A stretch of 64,000 nt of DNA from Candidatus Nanoarchaeia archaeon (GTDB lineage: Archaea; Nanobdellota; Nanobdellia; Woesearchaeales; UBA583): contig JBNKLP010000001.1 of the NCBI GenBank assembly GCA_050292425.1, forward strand, positions 40,075-104,074, read 5' to 3'. Position numbers and translations under genes: made by a program. This document shows, piece after piece, positions 1 through 7,107 of this stretch; within the stretch, counting starts at the first letter, position 1; each line of letters opens with the position of its first letter. Below the pieces are notes generated by a model, which was not told the DNA's origin, searched no databases, and saw only the letters and a list, made by a program, of their open reading frames with translations.

Positions 1-235
1 CCTTCTCGGAATCTCCGGAAAGCTCTGCAGCCAAATCATCAATGATTGAAGCAGCAGATGTACTGTCAATTGAAGCAGCATCAGCACCAATAACAACCTG
101 ACCATCAAACTTACCGTTTGAAACAAAGTTGTTAGGGTAGTCTCCTAGACCAGCTGCAAATGCAGCACTACTAACCATAACAGCGGAAGCTGCCACAGCA
201 GTAATTCTTTTTGTTGCGTTTTTAAATTTACTCAT
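1..235 (-). CDS. Partial CDS (N-terminal 78 aa; gene runs off the window start): secreted surface protein with an S-layer-like N-terminal domain
   Basis: Manual translation of the reverse complement from the ATG at 235-233 gives MSKFKNATKRITAVAASAVMVSSAAFAAGLGDYPNNFVSNGKFDGQVVIGADAASIDSTSAASIIDDLAAEL. This is a signal peptide followed by a VV[IV]GADA..D...AA.I motif resembling the N-terminal domain of Methanococcales-type S-layer proteins. It is absent from the ORF track because it is truncated. Confidence 0.5.
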   Translation of the reverse strand, partial: MSKFKNATKRITAVAASAVMVSSAAFAAGLGDYPNNFVSNGKFDGQVVIGADAASIDSTSAASIIDDLAAELSGDSEK

Positions 236-530
236 TTTTTTATTATTGTAATTTTGTCTACATGAAACTTTTCTTTGTAGCCAGCAACTTACATATCTTA
301 CCTCGCCAATTCATAATAAAAAGATTTATTACCACTTGACTCGTACAAATCCCAAATAACTACTAACATTAGTAACAGAAAATGATTTGCACTAGCTACC
401 CCAAAATAGTTTCTGGGTTAATAATAAAGTAAGAATATTCATTTATAAATATTTTCCTTCAAATACAACAAAATATATAAACAAAACCATAAAAACTACT
501 TAAAATCTATAAATTGGCAATATCAAAATA

Positions 531-538
531 TTTATAAA
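531..538 (+). promoter_or_regulatory. TATA-box-like element (TTTATAAA) 29-36 nt upstream of tRNA-Gly
   Basis: The sequence matches the archaeal TATA consensus and sits at the expected distance from the mature tRNA 5' end. Confidence 0.4.
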
Positions 539-566
539 CAAATCAAGGCTCAAATATTCTATTAAT

Positions 567-638
567 GCATTGGTAGTTTAATGGTTATGACACGAGCTTG
601 CCAAGCTTGTAATCCGGGTTCGATCCCCGGCCAGTGCA
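567..638 (+). tRNA. tRNA-Gly (anticodon GCC)
   Basis: Manual cloverleaf. Acceptor stem GCATTGG pairs with CCAGTGC (one G-U pair). The anticodon stem is CGAGC/GCTTG with loop UUGCCAA. The T-arm is CCGGG-TTCGATC-CCCGG. No CCA is encoded. Confidence 0.85.
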
Positions 639-687
639 CTTTTCTATTAACAAATAGAACCTTAGTCCAGACTTCTAATATTCTAAT

Positions 688-825
688 GGAGTATTAGCTC
701 AGCCTGGTTAGAGCGCAGGTCTTATAAGTTCAACGACTCTAGTTGAAACGCAACTGATTGTGCTTTATACAAACTCTTTGGACTAAGACAGCCTGAGGTC
801 CCGAGTTCGAATCTCGGATACTCCA
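688..825 (+). tRNA. Intron-containing tRNA, anticodon UAU (tRNA-Ile reading AUA); exon 1 688-726, intron 727-789 (63 nt), exon 2 790-825
   Basis: Acceptor stem GGAGTAT pairs with ATACTCC, with discriminator A. The D-arm is GCTC...GAGC with GG in the loop. The anticodon stem is CAGGT/GCCTG. The T-arm is CCGAG-TTCGAAT-CTCGG. The pre-tRNA forms a canonical BHB: a 4-bp helix (721-724/784-787) flanked by 3-nt bulges (725-727 and 788-790), plus an outer helix (728-733/778-783). The ORF 722..919(-) overlapping it is spurious. Confidence 0.75.
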
Positions 826-1006
826 CTAAATTTTCTTGAAAATTTATTGTGTTCAGAAATCTTTGATTTCTTTTACTCCACTTATTTTGCAAAAACAACA
901 AAGATGTGAATTTAAACATATATTTTTCACAAAAAACATATATTCACTTGGATAAAAATACAAATATTTATAAATTCAAAAAATTTTCTCACATCAGAAA
1001 TCAAAA

Positions 1007-1414
1007 ATGTCCAATAAACCATATGCCAGACTACCTCAAGGATTCTCTTTAAATCCGGAAAAAAGAATTGCAATGCCATACGGCATAAGTAATATATTAA
1101 TACCTGAATTAACTCCATATAAAAAAATTGAAATATATACACCAGAATATCTCTCTCGAGGAGACTTGGGAGTAATATCTTATTTTGCAGACGAAATTCC
1201 TCCAAGTGCAATAATTTTAGGCAAAATCAGACCTGCAGATAGATTCTCAGGAGACCAGAACTTAACTCCACAACAAATTCCTCAAGGTGAACTAGAACAA
1301 TTAATTGGAGCATTCATTACTGAGTTATCTCAAAAAAACAACAATTTGGACAGATTAAGAATATATTTCCAGCCTAATATAATAACTCAAACAGAAGATA
1401 TTAGAGGTTATTAA
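1007..1414 (+). CDS. Hypothetical protein (135 aa)
   Basis: ORF preceded by a TATA-like TTTATAAA at 966-973. No motif was recognised. Confidence 0.45.
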   Translation: MSNKPYARLPQGFSLNPEKRIAMPYGISNILIPELTPYKKIEIYTPEYLSRGDLGVISYFADEIPPSAIILGKIRPADRFSGDQNLTPQQIPQGELEQLIGAFITELSQKNNNLDRLRIYFQPNIITQTEDIRGY

Positions 1415-1463
1415 CGTAATAATTATTTTCTCTCCTTAAACTTTATACAATAATATTTATACT

Positions 1464-1509
1464 CTGCGAATCTTGTTCGCAGTGTCTAATAATTCGCACA
1501 ACCGAATTA
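1464..1509. promoter_or_regulatory. Cluster of mutually exclusive hairpins between the hypothetical ORF and rpl44e
   Basis: Segment 1464-1470 (CTGCGAA) pairs with 1476-1482 (TTCGCAG). Segment 1490-1496 (TAATTCG) pairs with 1503-1509 (CGAATTA). Alternatively 1465-1471 (TGCGAAT) pairs with 1492-1498 (ATTCGCA). All three are perfect 7-bp stems. Confidence 0.35.
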
Positions 1510-1539
1510 TTTATAAACCAATCTGCATTATTTTTTAGT

Positions 1540-1860
1540 ATGAAAATCCCAAAAGAGATTAAAAGATACTGTCCAAGTTGTAAAAAGCATACAACTCAGA
1601 AAGTAAAAAACGAAAAGAACAGAGGAAGAAACAAGACTACTCCACTTAGTAAGTTCTCACAAATCAGACTTAAACTAAAAGGAAGAACTACTGGAACAGG
1701 AAACACAGGTAGATATGCAAGAGGTGCTCTAAACTCTTGGAAAAGATACAACAAAAAGCACTCAAAAAGAATTGATCTTAGATTTACATGTACTGAATGT
1801 AAAAAGACAAACACAGCATCTGGAAAAGCTCTAAGAACAAAGAAAATCCAGATTGAGTAA
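1540..1860 (+). CDS. rpl44e: 50S ribosomal protein L44e (eL42), zinc-ribbon
   Basis: Motif YCPSCKKHTTQKV, a C-x2-C...C-x2-C arrangement, and a basic 106-aa protein. TATA-like TTTATAAA at 1510-1517, about 25 nt upstream of the ATG, suggests a leaderless transcript. A T-rich stretch follows the stop codon. Confidence 0.8.
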   Translation: MKIPKEIKRYCPSCKKHTTQKVKNEKNRGRNKTTPLSKFSQIRLKLKGRTTGTGNTGRYARGALNSWKRYNKKHSKRIDLRFTCTECKKTNTASGKALRTKKIQIE

Positions 1861-1925
1861 ATCCCTTATCATCTTATTTTTAACAAACCTTTTTTAAAAC
1901 AAAACTAATTTTATTATATTAAAAG

Positions 1926-3686
1926 ATGCCAAGACTTGCAATTATTAAAAAAGAGAAATGTAAACCTGACCTTTGCTCATGGCAATGTATGAAACACTGC
2001 CCAGTAAACATGACTGGCTCAGACTGTATTCATGAAGCTAACGATAAAAAAGCAGGAATTGACGAAATACTATGTTCTGGATGTGGAATATGTCCAAAGG
2101 TATGTCCTTTTGATGCGATCACAATCATCAACTTACCAAATATGAAAGACAAAGACCCCGTTCACCAGTATGGACCAAATGGGTTTAGAATATTCGATCT
2201 TCCACTAATTCAGGAAAACTCAATCACCGGAATCATGGGAAGAAACGGAATTGGTAAATCAACAGTAATCAACGTACTTTCAAACACAACAAAAGCAAAC
2301 TTCTCAAAATTTGGCAATGAAAAAATAAATGAAAAAGAATACTTCAAACATCTGAATGACTTATTCAAGGGAACTGCTCTTCAAAACTACTTCAACAAAC
2401 TTGAAAAAGGCCAAATCAAAATCTCCTACAAACCTCAGCAAATAATTAACATCCCTCAAGTTTTCACAGGAAAAGTAATTGAATTACTCTCAAAAGTAAA
2501 CCCAGACAAAGCAAAAATTGAAAAACTTGCCAAAAAACTAAACATTGCAAACATACTTGACAGAGAAATCAAGGTAATCTCAGGAGGAGAACTGCAAAGA
2601 GTTGCAATTTGCTCATCCCTACTAAAACACGACTCAAACCTATTCATATTTGATGAGATAACAAACTATCTTGACATCTACGAAAGACTAAACACCTCAA
2701 GACTAATCAAAGACCAGACTAAAGACAAATCAGCAATCGTTGTAGAGCATGACCTTGTAGTACTTGACTACTTAGTGGATTTCACACACATCATGTACGG
2801 ACAACCCTCAGCATATGGAATGCTAACAGGAATCAAAGCTGCAAAAGTAGGGATAAACGATTACTTACAAGGATACTCCAAAGAAGAGAATGTAAGATTC
2901 AGAGACAAGGCAATCTCATTTGACAAGGAATCGATTACAGAGAGCAAAAAAATAATTGAAATAGCCAAATGGGAACCTGAAACAATAAAAGTTGGAGACT
3001 TCTCACTAGACATATCTGAAGGTGAAATCAAAGAAGGTGAAATCTTGGGAATAATTGGAAGAAATGCTCTTGGAAAATCCACATTCATAAAGCATATCGC
3101 TGCAAAAGGATTTGAAAATGCTACAATCTCTCTAAAACCACAACTAATTCCAAGAAACGAAAATACAGTGCAGGATGAACTATGCATTTATCCAAACTTT
3201 ACAGACAACTTTTATCAAATTTACGTACTTGAACCCCTAAACATAGCTCCTCTTCTTCAGAAAAAAACAAACGAACTATCTGGTGGAGAACTGCAAAGAT
3301 ACGCAATCGCAAAATGTCTACTTGAAAATTCTCAAATTTACTTGCTGGATGAACCAACTGCATTCTTGGACATAGAAGATAGACTAAAAATAGCAAAAAT
3401 GCTAAAAAACTTCATCATGTTAAAAAACAAATCTGCATTCATCATTGATCACGATCTTGTATTCATGGACTACCTTTCAGATAGACTACTTGTATTTCAA
3501 GGAGAACCATCCATCAAAGGAACAGCATCCTCTCCTAAATCAATGAGAGATGGAATGAACTCATTCCTAAAAGAACTTGACATCACATTCAGAAGAGATG
3601 ATAGTAATAAAAGGCCAAGAGTAAACAAAACAGGTTCAGTTAAAGACCAAGAACAAAAAAAGATTGACGAATATTATTATGTATAA
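1926..3686 (+). CDS. abce1: ABCE1 / RNase L inhibitor-type ribosome recycling ATPase (two 4Fe-4S cluster motifs plus twin ABC domains)
   Basis: N-terminal CSWQCMKHCP and CSGCGICPKVCP ferredoxin motifs. Two Walker A motifs (GRNGIGKST, GRNALGKST). Two ABC signatures (LSGGELQR in both domains). Confidence 0.9.
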   Translation: MPRLAIIKKEKCKPDLCSWQCMKHCPVNMTGSDCIHEANDKKAGIDEILCSGCGICPKVCPFDAITIINLPNMKDKDPVHQYGPNGFRIFDLPLIQENSITGIMGRNGIGKSTVINVLSNTTKANFSKFGNEKINEKEYFKHLNDLFKGTALQNYFNKLEKGQIKISYKPQQIINIPQVFTGKVIELLSKVNPDKAKIEKLAKKLNIANILDREIKVISGGELQRVAICSSLLKHDSNLFIFDEITNYLDIYERLNTSRLIKDQTKDKSAIVVEHDLVVLDYLVDFTHIMYGQPSAYGMLTGIKAAKVGINDYLQGYSKEENVRFRDKAISFDKESITESKKIIEIAKWEPETIKVGDFSLDISEGEIKEGEILGIIGRNALGKSTFIKHIAAKGFENATISLKPQLIPRNENTVQDELCIYPNFTDNFYQIYVLEPLNIAPLLQKKTNELSGGELQRYAIAKCLLENSQIYLLDEPTAFLDIEDRLKIAKMLKNFIMLKNKSAFIIDHDLVFMDYLSDRLLVFQGEPSIKGTASSPKSMRDGMNSFLKELDITFRRDDSNKRPRVNKTGSVKDQEQKKIDEYYYV

Positions 3687-3694
3687 AATTAAAA

Positions 3695-4219
3695 ATGAAC
3701 TTTAGACTAGAAAAAATTATTTTTGAAAAAAGTTTTGACAAAAATAAATATTCTAAAGTAATATCATATCTTGAAGAAGAATATATTGGAGACTATATTG
3801 AAGCTATTGAAGAAGAACCTCAAACTTCCATAAGCAACTTAGAAAATGGACTTGAAAACTACTTTTTAGATAAAACTGGAAATCAAACGGAAGTAGAAAT
3901 TATTCCATTACCACAATATGATTATTATCCAAAAGGAACACTAAACAACCCGCAAATATCTGTAACTTTAATATTGAAAGAATATATTGCCAAAGAAATT
4001 AACGATCATCTAATCAATCAAAACTCAAAATTCATGATACCAATAGAAATAAACTTAAGACTGCAAAATGGCAAAGAAATGAAGGGAAGAGTTTTGTATT
4101 TGAGTTTAGAAAAAGAAAAAGGTTACGGAGAAGTTTCTCCTTCTTTTGAAGAAAAATACAAAGATGGTAAAATGCGTTATCCTGGCGAGGAAGATTTAAC
4201 ACCATATCCTTTGCTTTAA
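3695..4219 (+). CDS. Hypothetical acidic protein (174 aa)
   Basis: ORF only; it begins 9 nt after abce1. Confidence 0.45.
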   Translation: MNFRLEKIIFEKSFDKNKYSKVISYLEEEYIGDYIEAIEEEPQTSISNLENGLENYFLDKTGNQTEVEIIPLPQYDYYPKGTLNNPQISVTLILKEYIAKEINDHLINQNSKFMIPIEINLRLQNGKEMKGRVLYLSLEKEKGYGEVSPSFEEKYKDGKMRYPGEEDLTPYPLL

Positions 4220-4251
4220 AATTTTAAAACCTATTAAAATTAAAATTAAAC

Positions 4252-4767
4252 TCACTTTTTGGCTTTAGGTTTAGCCTTTGAAGTAGTTATCTTCTTTTTC
4301 ACTGGTACCTTCTTAGTTGTTGAAGCCTTAGAAGCACTAGCTTTCTTTGCTGCTGGTTTCTTTGCTGTAGTTTTTCTCTTTACTGGAGCTTTCTTTGTAA
4401 CATTCTTAGTTGAACTCTTTGCAGAAGTTGCTTTTTTAGAAACTGGCTTTTTCTTAGCAGGAGTCTTCTTAGCTACTGGTCTCTCTGCCTTAACTCTTTC
4501 AATCTTACTATCTGTAGCTATTGCATGTGCCTTAACAGCATGTTCAATATCTCGTCTGGTAATCTTATCCAAACCCTCTCCCTTTGAAGAAAATCCTATA
4601 ATTGAATAAATACCACACCAACCAACAACTCCTGTTGCTAAAAGAATTATACCAACAAAATATGCTGCCCATTGAGCAACACCACTAAATGCAACAAATC
4701 CTAAAATGATAAGTGCAAGCCCTAAAAGAACTCTAATTAATCTCTCTCTATTACCCACATTATTCAT
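4252..4767 (-). CDS. DUF2892 (YgaP-like) two-TM membrane protein fused to a lysine/alanine-rich histone-H1-like C-terminal tail
   Basis: N-terminal RERLIRVLLGLALIILG...GVVGWCGIYSIIGF matches the DUF2892 consensus. The C-terminal ~75 aa consist of AKK/PVKKK/TKK repeats with about 40% Lys. Confidence 0.7.
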   Translation of the reverse strand: MNNVGNRERLIRVLLGLALIILGFVAFSGVAQWAAYFVGIILLATGVVGWCGIYSIIGFSSKGEGLDKITRRDIEHAVKAHAIATDSKIERVKAERPVAKKTPAKKKPVSKKATSAKSSTKNVTKKAPVKRKTTAKKPAAKKASASKASTTKKVPVKKKITTSKAKPKAKK

Positions 4768-4833
4768 ATTAGTTAATTTCTGAAAATTGAAATTTATAAA
4801 CTTAACGGATGTTTACACTACTCAGGAAGAAAA

Positions 4834-5523
4834 CTATCTGTAAATTTTTGAATGTTCCTTTGCATCCTTGATTGTCACAATTTTTTTCCCTCGCATCTTC
4901 TTAAAAAATTTCTTTCTTTGATTTCTCAAATAAAATCCATACGAAAGCCCACAAAACATACCAACCAAATGACCGATATGAGCAATTCCAGTACTTGAAG
5001 AAAACATACCTAAAAAATCAAGCAAAAACCAGATAACTCCTGCAACCCACAAAGGCATTGGTATCAAAAAGAAAAACAACAACCTAAGTTTTGGCATCAA
5101 AACAATTAAAGTCCCAATAACTCCCATTACAGCACCACTTGCTCCAAGTGCTGAAGTATAAAAATAACTTGAAATGAAAGACACTAAAAGTCCGGAAATG
5201 ATATACAAACCAAAAAATTTCTTCCAACCAATTTTTTGCTCTAAAAGTAATCCAAAAAGCAAAAGTGCATACATATTAAAAAAAATATGAGCAAAACTTC
5301 CATGCAAAAACATTGTTGTAAGCAAAATCCAAGGCCTTGCAAAAATATCTGATGAAATCATTACCAAATTTTCAGTAAAATTAGGAATAAGAAACTGCAA
5401 AACAAACATAACTATATTAACAAAAATCAAAGGAACTACAGCAGTTCTTGGAACTCTCAACACTACCTTCTTTCTCTGTTCCATTGCCCTGACTTCATCA
5501 TCAAGACTCACATATTCAACCAT
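4834..5523 (-). CDS. Rhomboid-family intramembrane serine protease
   Basis: It is a multi-TM protein. The GASGAVMG (GxSG) serine motif and the AHIGHL histidine motif are present. The C-terminus is basic. Confidence 0.8.
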   Translation of the reverse strand: MVEYVSLDDEVRAMEQRKKVVLRVPRTAVVPLIFVNIVMFVLQFLIPNFTENLVMISSDIFARPWILLTTMFLHGSFAHIFFNMYALLLFGLLLEQKIGWKKFFGLYIISGLLVSFISSYFYTSALGASGAVMGVIGTLIVLMPKLRLLFFFLIPMPLWVAGVIWFLLDFLGMFSSSTGIAHIGHLVGMFCGLSYGFYLRNQRKKFFKKMRGKKIVTIKDAKEHSKIYR

Positions 5524-5541
5524 ACATAATAAACGGTAGAA

Positions 5542-6543
5542 ATGTTTATAAAGGTAATCCTTGATAATTTATATAAGAATATGGACAAATCCAAATCTAT
5601 AATAACTCAAAAAGACCTCCTAATCCTCAGAAAATTATTAGAAGATGGCAGAAAATCATCAGCAAGTATTTCAAAAGAAATAGATTTGGGAAGAGAAATT
5701 GTAAATTATAGAATAAAAAGACTAATAAAAGAAAATTTAATTGTAAAATTTGTTCCTAAAATCAATGAAAAGGCAATGCACTACCAAGAATACATAATTC
5801 TACTAAAACTAAACCTTGACGATGAATTATCCAAAGAAAAATTCATAAGAGAAACAATAGGAAACAAATACTTAATCTGGACAGTAAAATCCCAATCAGG
5901 ATGGGATTTGATTGTAAGATTGTACTCTCAATCTATTGATGAATTCAAAATAAAACTCTCAGAAATACTCGAAAACTTCTCAGATGTACTTGCAAGCTAC
6001 TACACAATAATCAACTCAGAAGAAATCAAACAAAATGAAAAACAAATCCTATCAAAAAACTTATTTGAAGAAAACTTAACTAATAAGGATTTCAACATAA
6101 TCAAAAACGAAACAATAATTCAAACTGATGAAAAGGACAAGGAAATACTTGACATACTAGAACAAGATGCAAGAATTCAATACAAAGAAATTGCAGATAA
6201 ATTAAACATATCATCTGATACAGTAAAATACAGAATAGATAAAATGAAAGAAGCAGGAATCATTGAAAACTTTATGCCAGTAATAAACTTCAACAAGCTA
6301 GGATTATACTCCTTTGCAGCAATACTTAAACTCTCATACTTAACAAAACAACAGGAATCTGAAGTAAATGAATTTATATCCTCACTAGACTGCGTTGCAA
6401 GAGCAATCAAGAATTTGAACTCCGAAGAATTCTTTCTCAACTTAATTTTCAGCAAAAAAGATGAAATAGAAAACTTCAAAGATAAAATCAACTCAAAATT
6501 TTCAAATAAAATTGAGAACTTTGAAATATTTGATATTGATTAA
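5542..6543 (+). CDS. Tandem-duplicated Lrp/AsnC-family transcriptional regulator (two HTH plus RAM modules in one 333-aa chain)
   Basis: The first HTH is LLILRKLLEDGRKSSASISKEIDLGREIVNYRIKRL, followed by a RAM-like WDLIVRLY segment. The second HTH is ILDILEQDARIQYKEIADKLNISSDTVKYRIDKM, followed by a second RAM-like segment. Confidence 0.7.
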   Translation: MFIKVILDNLYKNMDKSKSIITQKDLLILRKLLEDGRKSSASISKEIDLGREIVNYRIKRLIKENLIVKFVPKINEKAMHYQEYIILLKLNLDDELSKEKFIRETIGNKYLIWTVKSQSGWDLIVRLYSQSIDEFKIKLSEILENFSDVLASYYTIINSEEIKQNEKQILSKNLFEENLTNKDFNIIKNETIIQTDEKDKEILDILEQDARIQYKEIADKLNISSDTVKYRIDKMKEAGIIENFMPVINFNKLGLYSFAAILKLSYLTKQQESEVNEFISSLDCVARAIKNLNSEEFFLNLIFSKKDEIENFKDKINSKFSNKIENFEIFDID

Positions 6544-7077
6544 TTATTCTATCAACTTTAACAAAAAAGGAAATTCCTTATATGGTTGATTATATGAAGA
6601 TGAACCCATATGCCCTTCTCCATATCTAATTATCAAAGTTCCTCCTAACTTATCAAACATCTTTCTTCCCTGAGTATCATCACAGCCCCAAGGATCATTA
6701 TCCGAATTAATAAAAATAATATCATCAACATTTGACTTGATTCTCTTCCAATCATATGAATCTTGAAGAATATTTGAACTTAAAGTATCAATAAAACCAG
6801 AAACTAAAATTGCTTGCTTAATCTTGACATTAATATTCTCAAGAATACTCAATATCAATGGACTACCTGCACTATGTCCAATTAAAATTGTATCCTCATC
6901 AAATTCATAATTCGACAAAACAAAAGGAAGCCAATCATCCAATTTTGATTTATCTGAGTTTGGTAAATTTGGAACATCTACAACATATCCTTGTTTCTCT
7001 AGATTCTCTTTAATGTATGGATACCAATACATTTCAGGTGAACAACCAGTACCATGCAAAATTATTACTTTAGTCAT
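6544..7077 (-). CDS. Alpha/beta-fold serine hydrolase (YdeN/RBBP9-like)
   Basis: The GHSAG nucleophile elbow is present. The size and pattern fit a small esterase fold. Confidence 0.6.
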   Translation of the reverse strand: MTKVIILHGTGCSPEMYWYPYIKENLEKQGYVVDVPNLPNSDKSKLDDWLPFVLSNYEFDEDTILIGHSAGSPLILSILENINVKIKQAILVSGFIDTLSSNILQDSYDWKRIKSNVDDIIFINSDNDPWGCDDTQGRKMFDKLGGTLIIRYGEGHMGSSSYNQPYKEFPFLLKLIE

Positions 7078-7107
7078 AAACTATTATTGTCAAAAACTTT
7101 TATAAAT

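Noticed and set aside
722-1211. Track ORFs 722..919(-) and 927..1211(-)
   Set aside because: The first overlaps the intron-containing tRNA and its flank. The second is antisense to the 1007..1414 ORF and its promoter. No coding signal was seen.
4259-4609. A 116-aa plus-strand ORF antisense to the DUF2892/polylysine gene. The same applies to many other track ORFs antisense to r-protein or surface protein genes (for example 15473..15964, 16901..17179, 20698..21123, 20856..21197, 26887..27138, 48705..48959, 54027..54350, 59019..59336).
   Set aside because: These lie entirely inside well-supported genes on the opposite strand, have low-complexity hydrophobic or Ser/Leu-rich composition, and carry no motifs. 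They are typical shadow ORFs of AT-rich DNA.
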